A stretch of DNA of 64,000 nucleotides. It comes from Naegleria gruberi (lineage: Eukaryota). Below the pieces are notes generated by a model. The model worked only from the letters and a program-made list of their open reading frames with translations. It had not been told where the DNA came from and ran no database searches. Positions 1-12,193 of this stretch are shown piece after piece (the stretch's first letter is position 1; each line of letters starts with the position of its first letter). The DNA lies in assembly GCA_000004985.1 (NCBI GenBank), contig GG738854.1; one strand, written 5' to 3'. A program made the position numbers and the translations under genes.

Positions 1-1143
1 GGAAAGAAAGTTTCGTCTCCTTCCTCGCCCTCTTCGCCAACAAGTTCAAAAAGCTCCAAGTCAACCGAAAGCTATGAATCTTTCAGTAACCAATCTGTTG
101 AATCAATAATAGAACAAGAATTGCAGAGCTATCTCAATATTGTCGATCCAGATGTATTATTTAATGAAATTGTCATATCAGTGAATGTTGATTTAAAGCT
201 GGATCAATTTCCACGATTTTCCAGAAGTAAATTTCTCCTTGATTTCCTTAACAAGCAAGGTGAAGCTTTCACCAGATCCATAGCCATCGATGTGTCCAGA
301 GGATTTCACGTGGACATTCGATTTCTCCCAAAAGATTTATCCAAAAACTTTATCTACGACAAGGACATTTTCTTTGGATTTAGTTTAATTGAAGATTCAC
401 CAGATTGGCAAGTCATTCCTTGCTCTGCCATGTCAAACCAAGCTCAACTCTACCACTCCAACACATCCTACATATTTGGAAATAATGCAACTGGTATGAA
501 ACTCTACAAGATGGTCACAATTCTGCCCTACAAACTGGAAGATGTCTTTTCAGCATTTTGTTTCATTCAAGGTGAAGACACTGGAGATCGATTGACTGAA
601 AATCGAATCATTGGATCAAATGCTCCCAAACAGGCCATGTCCATGACTGGAGTGGATGAGAAGACTAATCCACTTGCCATTCGATATGTCACTTCATCAT
701 TGAAATTGTTACTTCCTGGACTAAAGGAAAGAGAATTTCCAAGAAGTTTAACTTGTGTCTATGATTGTGGATTGGATGCTTATATTAATGTTGGACACAC
801 GAGTCGTTATTCATTTCATGATGTGTCGAAAGAGAGAGTGGAGATGGATATGTTCTTTGTAAATATCATGTATCGAATAGGAGATTCGACAAGATTCGTA
901 TATGTTATTTACAGTGATGCACATACGCCCAAGGTATTGGATTCGATGTTTGCAAAGGCTCATTGGAAACAACGTTGTGTGAGATTGGAACAAACATTCT
1001 TTCAATTATTACAAACTCACCAAACAAGTGAACTTTCAGATAATTTTAAACTAAAAGAACTAGTTGAAGAAAACCTGAAAGCACATCCTCAAAAATCATG
1101 GTACAGAGATTATCTGAGTTTGTTTCATAATAAATCTCTCTAA
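1..1143 (+). CDS. Hypothetical protein, C-terminal part; the 5' end lies upstream of the window
   Basis: Frame 1 is open from nt 1 with no stop (GKKVSSPSSPSSPTSSKSSK...). The ORF-track 'M' at 121 is a TTG. Stop is TAA at 1141-1143. Composition looks protein-like. I recognised no domain. Confidence 0.5.
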   Translation, partial: GKKVSSPSSPSSPTSSKSSKSTESYESFSNQSVESIIEQELQSYLNIVDPDVLFNEIVISVNVDLKLDQFPRFSRSKFLLDFLNKQGEAFTRSIAIDVSRGFHVDIRFLPKDLSKNFIYDKDIFFGFSLIEDSPDWQVIPCSAMSNQAQLYHSNTSYIFGNNATGMKLYKMVTILPYKLEDVFSAFCFIQGEDTGDRLTENRIIGSNAPKQAMSMTGVDEKTNPLAIRYVTSSLKLLLPGLKEREFPRSLTCVYDCGLDAYINVGHTSRYSFHDVSKERVEMDMFFVNIMYRIGDSTRFVYVIYSDAHTPKVLDSMFAKAHWKQRCVRLEQTFFQLLQTHQTSELSDNFKLKELVEENLKAHPQKSWYRDYLSLFHNKSL

Positions 1144-1352
1144 TTTTTAAATAACTCAGCTCCGAAAGACCTTGTTTATATGTATTCGAAAGTTAACAGA
1201 TGTAAATAAGGAAGTTTTTACTAATTTAACAAAATAAATAGCCTCTTTGAAAGATTCACCTTACAATCTCCTTCCTTTTGTAAATAGCATTGGACAAATA
1301 GTCGGTGATGAAGTATGCTGATGTCAACTGTTAAAACATCATAAAAAACAAA

Positions 1353-2474
1353 ATGACTTCTATCATCACCAACCAAACCTATGTCATTACTGCAACAACT
1401 GCTGATAGTGTTGCAAACCTTGTTGTTGATAGTGTAACTTTGATGGCAACAGCTCTCGTGATTATTCCAACACTCATTGTTTATTTCAAGAGAGATTCGT
1501 ATTTGATTTTTAAAAGTCTAGTAGAAACTTGCAATTCGAACATGCATGCACCAGATCCCAGAACCAAATCAAAAGGTTTCTTCTTTTGCTTGATGAATAG
1601 TTTAGTTTTATTTCTGATATATCGAGTACTCATCGAAGGACTCACAATCGCTCAGCACACTCAAGAATTACGAAAGAATGTCGAAACCTTTGTATTATTA
1701 TTGAATATAAGAAGAATTTTAGATTACATTGGCATGTATTGGTTCTTAACCTTATTCACATTCATCATCCCAATTTGGATGAAAGTTTGCATTACATGGA
1801 TTTCCACACAACGAAACCGAAAAATCATGAAAATTACAATTGGAATTCTTCTCATTCTTGTCAATGTGTTGGGATTCTGTGGTTTCTTACCAGTTACTGT
1901 CTTGTCAATTATTAGTGCAATTGATACAAATTTTGAGAGTAATGATTTATTGAGAAAGATTTTAACTTATGGAATTGGAACACCACTTGTTGGTATTTCA
2001 ACTGCAATTGTTTTCTTTTTGAGTATTGGAGTGGTGGTAATGATTGTTATCATGTTGAGAGATGCTTCAAAGAAACAACCTGATAATAGTGAGCAATATC
2101 ACATTCAAAGACAAGCTATTGTCAAATTGACTGTTGGAGTTATTGTTTTGGCAGCTGCTGTCTTGATTGAAACAATTGGAGTTGCTGTGAATGGAGCTAA
2201 TGTTCCAAATTATATTGTATTTCCATTGGCTAAGGGAATTCCATATGTTTTCTTTGCATTGTGTGTGGATTTAATATTTTGGCCATTTCCTCTGCCAATT
2301 CTGAGTCAACCAGTGCAATTTGTCATGCAAGAATTGAAGTTTTCCACCATTGTTAATTTACCATCAATAGAAAAGAAGAAGAAATTGGAGCAACAAGCAA
2401 CACTCAGTAATCAATCCGCTAATCCTGAGACTAAACATGAGGAAATTCAATTGGAAGATCAATCAAATGTTTAA
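1353..2474 (+). CDS. Multi-pass membrane protein (about 7-8 predicted TM helices), function unknown
   Basis: ATG at 1353. 373-aa ORF with repeated ~20-aa hydrophobic stretches (LVVDSVTLMATALVIIPTLIV, ILLILVNVLGFCGFLPVTVLSII, VGVIVLAAAVLIETIGVAV). Ends with a hydrophilic tail. Confidence 0.5.
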   Translation: MTSIITNQTYVITATTADSVANLVVDSVTLMATALVIIPTLIVYFKRDSYLIFKSLVETCNSNMHAPDPRTKSKGFFFCLMNSLVLFLIYRVLIEGLTIAQHTQELRKNVETFVLLLNIRRILDYIGMYWFLTLFTFIIPIWMKVCITWISTQRNRKIMKITIGILLILVNVLGFCGFLPVTVLSIISAIDTNFESNDLLRKILTYGIGTPLVGISTAIVFFLSIGVVVMIVIMLRDASKKQPDNSEQYHIQRQAIVKLTVGVIVLAAAVLIETIGVAVNGANVPNYIVFPLAKGIPYVFFALCVDLIFWPFPLPILSQPVQFVMQELKFSTIVNLPSIEKKKKLEQQATLSNQSANPETKHEEIQLEDQSNV

Positions 2475-2823
2475 TTATTTCTCTGATATTAGAAAGTGTT
2501 TTAAATTATTTGAATGAATTCCCTTACTGGGCCATCACTTGAAACCAACTTTTGTGAACTTGAAGATTTCTTCCCTCCTATCCTCTGATTTCACAGAACA
2601 TTGTAAATCAAAACAATAAATCATGTTTGTTTGCCAATGTTAACAAAAATTACTTCCTCTTGTTCGTGTAACCAACTAAAATGCAAACTCTTTAGCATGT
2701 AGGATCATCGTCAAAATAATTCTCCTCCCGCATATTTTGTGAACTTGAAAAAATAATTATTATTTTAAAAAAATTCTCAAAGGCTTCCCTGCAGGGTTTT
2801 ATTATTTACTCATCATCTCCATA

Positions 2824-3869
2824 ATGTCGCAGAGATATTGTGTTCAACAAGCCTTGTTGTTGGTGCTGCTTGCTTGTTGTAGTGTTGTACTTGCTCAAAA
2901 ATCGTACACTATCAATTCTATTAATTCTGTAGTTTATGTATCATCGGGAAGTTGTGATGTGTCGGTTGTTGAGACTTATGTTTATGACTTTTTAGGATCT
3001 TATTCGACTGTTGCTAGAGCTATTCCATATACTATTGCTGCATCATCTGCATTTCAAACTAGCTCATTGAAGGTTGATGTTTTAACTCCTGGATATTCCG
3101 TTTCAAAGTATACTAGTGATCAACAAGATGCCAAGTTTATTGTGGTAAATATTAGTCCTTCTACTCCTTCTGGTACCTCTACTAGAATGAGTATTCGTTA
3201 TTCTTATTCTCTTACTGGACCTATTCGTCAATCAGGTGTAAGTATTACTATTATTTCACATTATTTCAACATGTTAATTTGTCATCTTGTGAAATAATTT
3301 CATTAAAATTCATCATCATATGGATATTGAACAATAATTGGAAATATCAATAACAGGGAAATAATCAAGTCACCTACTATTACAAGGAAGGAACTGAAAT
3401 CAACAACTTGAATGCCACCTTCACCTTTGATTCATCAATTGATTTGAAGGGAAGTTTAGTACCATCTGTTGGAGGTGTTGTAGTTGGAAATTCTGTCAAC
3501 TTCCAAAAGATATCAATCTTCTCAAACACTGCCTTCCAACCATCAGTTTCATTCAACACAATTTCTGGTCAGTTCAACAAGTGTAGTGGTCCTTCGTCTT
3601 CTGACCTTTTAACTATTATAGTTGTTGTGGTTGTCGTTGCTGTGTGTATTTGCATTTCCATCGTTTGTAGTATTCTTGGTTTCTTTAGAAGAGCTGTTAG
3701 TAATACTTTAGGATTTACAAGATGGGGAGGTTCTTCATCCTATGGTTATGTTTCCAATGATTATGGACATCACCATCATCATTACCATTCTGGAGGTCAT
3801 CATTCATACAGTGGTGGTGGAAGTAGTAGTCGTGGTAGTATGACAGGCACCAGTGGTTTTGCTAATTAA
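2824..3869 (+). CDS. Type I membrane glycoprotein with a His/Gly/Ser-rich cytoplasmic tail. Two exons: 2824..3237 and 3357..3869
   Basis: ATG at 2824. Signal peptide (LLLVLLACCSVVLAQ). GTAAGT donor at 3238 and aacag acceptor at 3356, both phase 0, joining ...PIRQSG|GNNQVTYYY... One TM (LLTIIVVVVVVAVCICISIVCSILGFF). Tail reads GHHHHHYHSGGHHSYSGGGSSSRGS. Confidence 0.5.
3238..3356 (+). other. Spliceosomal intron (119 nt, GTAAGT...AG, phase 0)
   Basis: Donor CAG|GTGTAAGT reading. Acceptor AATAACAG|G. The downstream ORF continues in frame 3 only after splicing. The intron is AT-rich and ORF-poor. Confidence 0.5.
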
Positions 3870-4111
3870 AATTGAAATAATTATCATCCAAACTTTTAGG
3901 TGCTCTTTTTTACCGTTACATTCTTTTAAAAAAAAATAGAAAATGGCATCATGTTGGATGAGTAGGAAGAGTAGTATAGTAGGTTGTGAACAAAATTATT
4001 GTTTTATTCATTGTTCAAATACTGTTGTTATTATTATTGGGAAAGCAAAATTGGGAGAACTCTTCTAGATTACAAGGTATCGGGAATTAGTACTAATTCT
4101 ATTATAGCAAA

Positions 4112-4792
4112 TTACAATAGATTACTAATCTTGACTCTATCAAAACGTTTGGCTATTAGCGAAATGTCTTCATTGGAATATTTGGTTATCAGGTTTGGAT
4201 AATTCAATACAAAATCAACAGCCAAATCGATTGCTCTTGAATTTTCCTTATTGGAACTTGACTTTTGGTTTAACAGAGATTGAATTCTTCTATATGGCCA
4301 ACGTTCAATATTGAGTCTAGTCTTGATTCTTTTGAGTTTGCTCTTGGAACACCCTAAACGCTTTGCAGCTTCATTCTCTGGAAGGAAAAAGTGCTTTTTA
4401 ATATCATCATAACAAATGTAACTCTTTTGATTGGAACTAGTTCTATTGCATCGAATGATTTGAGATTGGTGTGAGGTTGTAAACTTATTCTTCAAGTCTA
4501 CTGATCTCATTCTTGACTTGCTATTGCATTCTTCTTCATTGGAACTTGAAGAAGATGTATTATCATCAAGAATGACTGTTTTACGAGTACGTTTGCTACT
4601 TCTTTTCAGTATCGAACCATTTTCATCAGAGTTTTGGCTTGATGCTGATGTATAGTCTGGAGCAATTGGAATACGAGTGGATGTTTTTACATTGGATAAC
4701 GAACAATCAGAATATTCCAAATCACTAGTATTGGATCTATCTCTCTTCATACTGATTGGATGTATTGTCACTACTGAGTTTAAGGTGAGCAT
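4112..4792 (-). CDS. RWP-RK domain protein (putative transcription regulator)
   Basis: ATG (minus) at 4792. The C-terminal segment KKHFFLPENEAAKRLGCSKSKLKRIKTRLNIERWPYRRIQSL matches the RWP-RK motif of NIN-like/MID proteins (F.LP...AAK.LG.s.T.LKR.CR..GI.RWPyRK). The N-terminal 130 aa is Ser-rich low complexity. Confidence 0.6.
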   Translation of the reverse strand: MLTLNSVVTIHPISMKRDRSNTSDLEYSDCSLSNVKTSTRIPIAPDYTSASSQNSDENGSILKRSSKRTRKTVILDDNTSSSSSNEEECNSKSRMRSVDLKNKFTTSHQSQIIRCNRTSSNQKSYICYDDIKKHFFLPENEAAKRLGCSKSKLKRIKTRLNIERWPYRRIQSLLNQKSSSNKENSRAIDLAVDFVLNYPNLITKYSNEDISLIAKRFDRVKISNLL

Positions 4793-7700
4793 GTTGTTAT
4801 AGTTCTTCTTAATAATAGGGATGAAAATGTTTTTCTATTGGAAAGAGTTTGATCTTGGCAGGACGAATATCGTGGAGGTGGTTAATAATTATTATATTGG
4901 ACGAGTTCGTGGAATGGTGTTGAGATCAGAGTAATATACACAAGAGAGAGAGAGGAGGAATTAAAGTTGTTTTTTTTGAATGTGCTACTTTATCTCAGTA
5001 AGGGTGAGTGTTTAAATTGTGAGGAGGATTACACTGAATGATTCGCTTAAATGCAACAACAAACTGCTTACTTGTCTCAATTATCAAGAGAGGTACCACC
5101 TAAAAGTACGTTCAAGGAATTGGAGTTAACAGGAGCGCGAGATTTGAGTGCAAAAATCTAGCGCTACTGTGTTTTACTGTAATTTTGCACCATTTACTTT
5201 GTTTTACAGCGCTTAATTTGTGCATTCAAAATGCTAGAAATGATTGTGTCATTGAGTAATGAGTCCAAACGGTTTATTTCAACGGTTAGAGTGGTGGTGT
5301 CAAACGAAAATATTATGTGGAGAATCTTCAAACGAAAACATTACTTGGAAGAATGATGATATGTAGGACAATCATGATAAGTATTAATGAGTTTTGCAAA
5401 TAATTGAGTAATGGCTCAATTCTTTGCTCAACTAACGCAACAATTAATGGCTTGGTTGTTGAACAAACTCAGGAACACAAGGAACAAGATTATTGGAAGG
5501 TTAACTTTATACACTGAGATCTTGCGTTGGAGTTTTTGCACCAATTTGTTGCCATTACGGTCGCATATTTTCCATTATTTCACTAGGTGAATCTATTAAG
5601 CACACAAAAGATTTTTCACACAATGAAAATTTATCAACATATCAAATGAATGAGACAAATACCGTGAGTGGAATCATCAGCTTAATAGTTACAGAAGATT
5701 GGACAATTTATTTCTTTGGAAACAAGTGGCTTGGTAATGAAGTTGGGACAAGATGAAGAAAATTCACCTCAAAAACAAATTTTCCTCATCTGACCGATCT
5801 GTAAGGATCAAATGTAATAGGACTATTCCACAAGTTCATCATTATCTCCCTCAAGAGCTCTTCAACTGGTCCTTCAGGTACTGGTGTTGTTCCTTCTGAT
5901 CCTTCTGCTACCATTGCAGAGAAGGGTAAGATAATTTCCTATTGTTCTGTCTTTGAGCTTTAGATTTCTTGGTGTTGGATTTGCCATTACGTTGTGGTCT
6001 CGAACGTTTTTGAATGGAGGTGAAAGTTTGATGAGTTTGATGAGTTGTAGTATGAGCGATCATACAGAGGATGAAGAATTTGAATGAACAACAATAACAT
6101 GCAGATTATCCAGAAGAATATTGCTTTGCGATGAAGCATCTTGTTCTAGGCTACTTTTTTCGCCTGAAAAACAGGCAAAAAATATTTAGGCCAAAAAAAA
6201 TAGCCTAAAATGTCTAGGCGCAAAATAGTAGGGTGCTTATTTGATGGACAAAAGTTCTTGGTGTTGCCTTGTATGTATTAATAACACCGAACAAATACAC
6301 GTTCCATTATTTTCCACCATTAAGAAAAAATATTTCAGCCCAAACACACATTGGGAACACTTTGGTGATTTTCAGAGTGATTTCACCCCATGAATCCACC
6401 AAACTTTCACATCATCATCTCAACATCATCCTAATAGTATTACTGGTAGTATTTTTTATTATTGGATTGTGATTATAAATTTGGAATTTAATTTTCACTT
6501 GGGAAAAATTCAAGTTGGTAAACCATCATCGGAACAACTTCCAACCATCATCATTGTTATTTATCATCATTATAATAGTAATATTTGTGGAAATAAATCT
6601 GATAATAGTAATATTTTAGTGAAATTCAATATTTTCACTAAAATCATCATCACTGCCAGATTCATATGGTAATTTGGAAAACTTTCAATCTAGTATTGTT
6701 CAGCATGGTCGATTCCATCAGGTAAAATCACTTCCGAACATTTTCCTATTGGTTATCATCATGATAGGTTCATGTATATTTTCAACATGTACATGGACCA
6801 TAACTCAACATGTACTTCACCAACTTGGAAAATGTCTTTCATAACTACTATTCAAATACATAATAAACAATATATTTATTATCAGTTTTTCATCATTTTG
6901 TTGTTTTACCAACTTCGGAATATTCATGATAACATATCATGATTCATGCCAAAAGTACATAGCCAAACTTCTTGAAACATTAATAAACTGTTATTAGTAT
7001 TATTGTAGATGTACCATATCAAATATTTCGTTTTATTTCGATGAGATCATAAAGATCTTAAATTTCTCTCTAAACATGCAAGTTCTCAGCCTAACCAGAT
7101 GTTCACCATGTCAAAACATCAAAATAATAAATTTCATTGTACTTTTGTATCACACATTAATTTATTGTGTTAAATTCATTGAATTGGAGATTTTAAATTT
7201 TTAAAAACTAATCTGTGATTATTTACCAATTAAATATACTTCTTTAATACTTGATAATTCATAAAATCCTAGTAGATATTGAATAGGTTCATAAAACAAG
7301 ATATTACACATAATGGCTCTAAATTCATGCTAATAGAGCTTGTTTAATGAGACTTATCATATTAATGATATGTTGTCTAATTGGATTCTATTTGTGCAAG
7401 GCCTAATTCCATCCCTAATATAGCAGACTTTTAGGGATGGATAATTTTAATGGAATCTATCCTAGAAGTATTTTTCGCCTGGAAGGTTCATACCAACGAA
7501 TTTAACTGCCTGGGTCTTCATGCGAGTTTTTATCGCCTATAACACATCTTCATGGTGATTATGAAGGGTCATGTTTTCTAATTCGGTTGTTGTGGTTTTG
7601 TCAATACTGAGATAGTCGGGTTGGACCTTAATTGGAAAATTTGTAAATGCGGAAGAACCTGATTTACAATTGGAAGGATGAGCAAGCGTACTTTGTGGGT

Positions 7701-8246
7701 TCATACCAGTAATGAAATTGGAGTGGGCATTTGGTGAATCTGTAACTGTAACTTGGGAATAGGGGCTGACCGGATGAGTTGAGAAGGTTGAATGGAGTTG
7801 GGAGGAGTTGGAACGGGGAAGGGAGACGAAATTGTCTATTGGATTGAGTATTGACACATGTTCTATTTGTCTCAATTGAAGAAGCTATTAAATCGTGATG
7901 GAATTGATTTGTGAACATTAAGGAAGGTGAAAGACAGATTATCGTTTTTGAGGGTTTGACTATGGCGTTTTGGAGTTGTATTACAACAACTATAATCAAC
8001 ATTTCATTCCTTTGAAAACATGTGTAGAGGAGAGGGAGGATACATGTGTAGAGGCAGTTCGATGGGAGTTTAGGAAAATGTTGGATGTGGAAAGGAGAAT
8101 GGTTGAAAATTTAGGAAAATTGTGAATTGTGATTGGAAATGTTGTTGATTGTAATGTGACAGGTGTCATTTCGGATGCTTTCCTTACATTCATAATTGGC
8201 AAGGTATTGAATTGATTCACCTACTAGAAAAATCAACACGAAAAAA

Positions 8247-10231
8247 ATGTTTCGAAACAGCCATCAAGAGACGTCAAATTTTGCATCAGACGAAAGTGAA
8301 GAGAAAGTTGAAGATACAAACGATGAATCATTAGTGAAAAGATATGAAAATGAATTGGTACATATAACAGGAACAGAAAATGTTTACGGGTTTAGTTCTT
8401 CAACAAGTGCAGAAAGAGTTTCGAATAGTGAATTGATGGTTTTAGGAAAGGCTGTCACCGAAGGCATTCAACGTTTGAATATTCAAGAAGAAACAGAAGA
8501 TGGTCCTTCTTCCGTCATTAGTGACAATCGAATAGTTTCAGAGCCATCATTATCACTCGAAACATTAGTCGAAACTATGCAACAACTCGAAGATTCTCAG
8601 AGAACAAACTCGCAACCAAATCAAACTCAACCTCTCACTTCAAAATTCATTCCCAAAGTAGATCACATACCACATAATGATCCTCAAGATTTGAATTTAC
8701 TTTCGGATGCTTTCGGATACAGCAGTGCTTATTATTGTTTCGGTTCTAATGAAGAGAATTTCCTTTCACTGGACTATTCTGCACTTGCTACAAGTGGAGA
8801 TTCGTATAATGGTGAAGTGATTTCAAAAGTTATGAGAAAATCCTTTACAAATCAATCAGTTGTTTTAAACGAAAGTCAACAAGCAAGGAGTGGCTTGGGA
8901 TTGGTAGATACTAATCAAAATGTTGACACTTCTCCATTCAAGGTTAGATGTTTGGGTGGAAATGAAGTAGTGGAACATATTAGAATTGGTGCCTACAACT
9001 TGGGAGTTATTACACGAAACCTTTCTAATAACTTTTCTAATGGAAACTCTAAAACTAACTGCTATATTTCTGGATCTAACGAAAGAGGTCAATTCGGCAG
9101 ACCAAAATCATTTAAGGGATCGAATGGTCTCATTAAAATTGACCATTTCGACAAGAATAATCTAACTTTGAAAGATATTGCCTTTGGCTCTTATTTCACC
9201 TTATTTCTAACTGAATGTGGAAAGGTTTTCTCCTGTGGAGAGAATGAAAATGGTCAACTGGGAACCAATTCTATTTCCAACCAATACGAAATCAAACAAA
9301 TGCGTGTCATTCATCCAGAAACTAAACTAGAAGAATTTGTTACTGACATTGAAACTGGCGCCTTTCACACACTTGCCAAAACTTTGAGTGGAAACATTTA
9401 TTCATGTGGATATAACTGTTGGGGGCAGTGTGCCATCTCTGAAATTGATGGAGATGTCATGGTTCCAACACTAATTGATAAATTTGGAAAGGACAAGATT
9501 GAGATTGAAAGAGTTATTTGTATTGAACATAATACTTTCTTTATTACAAAAGCAAATCCATATTCTGAAATTTATGGTAAGTTTTTGTTGTGTTATCAAA
9601 TAATTATTAAAAGATTTGTTGGAAATTAGGTTGTGGATTCTCAAAGAAAGGTCAATTGGGAAAGGATTTTGGAGAGGCAGTTAGAAATCCAGTGAAACTG
9701 GATTTTTTCACAGGGAAGGATTTGAGTGTTAAGAGTGTGAATGGTGGTTGGGGTCATGTCTGTATTGTAACTAATGGAGGTCAAGTATTCTCACAAGGAT
9801 TGAATGATTATGGTCAATTGGGATTGGGTGATTTAGAATCAAGAAAATCGCCAACTTTGGTTCCATTCTTTGATCATCTTTACAAAAATTGTAAACTTGA
9901 TAAGATAGAACAAGTCAGATGTGGAAGTTATCATTCTCTATTCCTCACTCGTTCAGGAAAACTCTTTGGATGTGGATACAATGAGATGGGATCCATTGCC
10001 TTAGGAAATGAACATTCATGGATTTCCACACCAACCCTAATTGTCCAATTCCCAAATTGCCTAATTGGAGAACCATTCTATGAATTGGAGGTTAAAACGT
10101 GGTGCTACACAACTTGCATTCTTGTAAAGAAGAGATTTAAGAGAATTGAGAATATGTTTGGCAGGTTGAGGAATTTATTGGCAAATGAAGAATTTAATTT
10201 TGGAGATGTTAAGATTATTTCATTGAATTAG
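8247..10231 (+). CDS. RCC1-repeat (regulator of chromosome condensation-like) protein. Two exons: 8247..9576 and 9630..10231
   Basis: ATG at 8247. Ser/Glu-rich N-terminus, then at least 7 RCC1-like blades with a recurring G(Q/E)LG signature (CGENENGQLGTNS, YSCGYNCWGQCAIS, GCGFSKKGQLGKD, FSQGLNDYGQLGLGD, FGCGYNEMGSIALGN). A phase-1 intron is required to join ...PYSEIYG|CGFSKKGQLG. Confidence 0.65.
9577..9629 (+). other. Spliceosomal intron (53 nt, GTAAGT...TTAG, phase 1)
   Basis: The sequence gtaagtttttgttgtgttatcaaataattattaaaagatttgttggaaattag lies between two RCC1-blade-encoding ORFs. The frames match only after splicing. Confidence 0.65.
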
Positions 10232-10348
10232 GAATAAAAGATACTTAATCTTAGAATCAGACTTGGAGATTTAACTTTTCACATACTCCATATTTTTGTA
10301 ATGTTAATTATTTTACCAAAATGGACATGTGTGTCGATTTTAATATGA

Positions 10349-11874
10349 ATGATTAACATGTCAATGAAATCAATTTCACGTGAAATTAAAAAAATGTCTC
10401 ATTGGTTTAAAAACAATAATGTAGAGAGTGAAGATGATTCAGAGGAGGAAGCAGATGGAGAATATGTCGATGAAGAGAATGATGTTGCTGTTCAGGCACA
10501 AGCTTCCAATTCTGAACAGCTCTTGGTCAGCGTTTTGAGATACCTAGGAATAGATGATGAGACACTGAACAAGTTAGCTGATGAAAACTACATTTCTTCA
10601 TTACAAAGCAACTTGATTGACATTCCTTCGTATTTACAAACCAAGTTGGACAGCATTTTCTCAACATCTTTGAATAATTTTGAGTATGACAGCTGTCTTG
10701 GTGGAGGTGGTTGTGGAGTTGTGTTGAAATGTAGACACAAAATGGATGGTAAAATGTACGCTCTAAAGTTTATTCCCTTTGCTGATGAAGACGATGATTC
10801 GAATGGTCAAATATCCATCAATGAAGCATTGAAAGAAGTCAAAATTTTGTCTTCACTGCATCACGAGCATACAGTACGATATTACAATAGCTTTATTGAA
10901 AAGGAAATTCCAGAATCATTTAAAAAAGACATTATCCATGTTTGTAAAGAAAATGCAATAGAGATTTCTGATAAGTTTCTCGTCATTCAGATGGAATGTT
11001 GCTTCACTAACTTGGGTTCATTCCTCGACAAATATAAAATTGGAAAAGGAGAAAGAAACCAACTCAGATCTTTTCTTAGACAAACACTTACTGGACTCTC
11101 CTATCTCCATAGAGAGGGAATTGTGCACTACGATATCAAACCTCATAACATTCTAATCAGTGAAGAAAACAAAATCAAGATTACTGATTTTGGATTGAGT
11201 GCTACAGCAGGAAGATCCTCTGTTGGAGAGTGTGCTGATGATTGTGGAACATCTCTTTATTTTACTGACAAATTTCAAAAAGAAGAAAGGGATTTGTTTG
11301 CTTTGGGAATTACTTATTTCCTAATGTAAGTAAGGGTACTTAGTTGAATAGTAATTCAATATAAATAATCGATAGGATTAACAATGATAATCGTGAGGCC
11401 AGTAAATTGAAACAAGACCCAAATAATTATGAATTCTCAATTGATTTTACAGATATGGACAAGATGTTGATTAAGAAAATGCTTACTAATCCAACTAGTG
11501 CAGATGAGTTGATTAAAATAATTGACAAGAGCAAATATTTTTGCTGCAATTGCAATTTAGAACGTATTGGAATGGTACAGTTCATTGAGCATGAGAAATC
11601 TGAAGCGCATGTCAAAAAAATTGACCTCAACAAACAGCTTTCCAATATTACCGACGCAACCAATGCTCTAATTCGTATTTCTCAATCATGCAACATTCCT
11701 GAACCAATCTATAGCCATCCTTTAAATACAAGTTTCACTTGTAAGATAGATTTCAAAGCTAAAAGTCTGACTTCAAATGTTCATTCTACGAAAAAAGCTG
11801 CCAAAAACGAAGCTTCTCAATTAATGTTGGATCTTATTAAGGGAGAATGTTGTCAATTATTGAAAGACTCATAA
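10349..11874 (+). CDS. Ser/Thr protein kinase (non-RD type) with a C-terminal JAZ-type C2H2 zinc finger and a dsRNA-binding domain. Two exons: 10349..11325 and 11376..11874
   Basis: Kinase motifs: LGGGGCGVV (Gly loop), YALKF (beta3 Lys), EVKILSSL (alphaC Glu), HYDIKPHN (catalytic loop, with Y in the R position), ITDFGLS, DLFALGITYFLM (subdomain IX), DMDKMLIKKMLTNPTSADEL (XI). It is followed by KYFCCNCNLERIGMVQFIEHEKSEAHVKK, which is C-x2-C-x12-H-x5-H-KK, a matrin/JAZ-type finger. Then comes ATNALIRISQSCNIPEPIY...FTCKIDFKAKSLTSNVHSTKKAAKNEASQLMLDLI, which fits the dsRBD alpha1-beta-alpha2 pattern (KKxAKxxAAxxxL). Confidence 0.6.
11326..11375 (+). other. Spliceosomal intron (50 nt, GTAAGT...GATAG, phase 2)
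   Basis: The only acceptor in this stretch whose phase joins kinase subdomain IX to the frame-1 ORF carrying subdomain XI (...YFL|M|INNDNREASKLKQ...); a read-through would hit TAA at 11327. Confidence 0.5.
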
Positions 11875-12193
11875 GAATATACAATTACTCCACCGTACGA
11901 TTAGAAATAACAGAATGAGATTTATTAGAAACAAGGATGTGAAGATTTCTTAATTCTAGAACGAATAAAAGTAATTAACATATTCAATGAATTCTGTAGA
12001 TGTGTGAAATTGTTGCAAATTGTTTCAAAATTTGTTGGAACCTTGTGTATCATGCACCAATTTAGTAGTTGACCATCATTCCAACTCTTAAATCATCATT
12101 TTAAAATAACCAATAAGGAAAGTAGCAAGATAATCGAAAGATTCTCCACACCTTCATCATTTTAAACACAATTCAAAAAAACAAGTCAACCAA

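Noticed and set aside
7537-8220. Three overlapping minus-strand ORFs (112, 112 and 74 aa) as real genes
   Set aside because: They occupy all three frames of the same 700 bp and are Ser, Thr, Pro and Asn-rich low complexity. I found no start context or domain. They are more likely a decayed pseudogene or chance ORFs, as noted in the findings.
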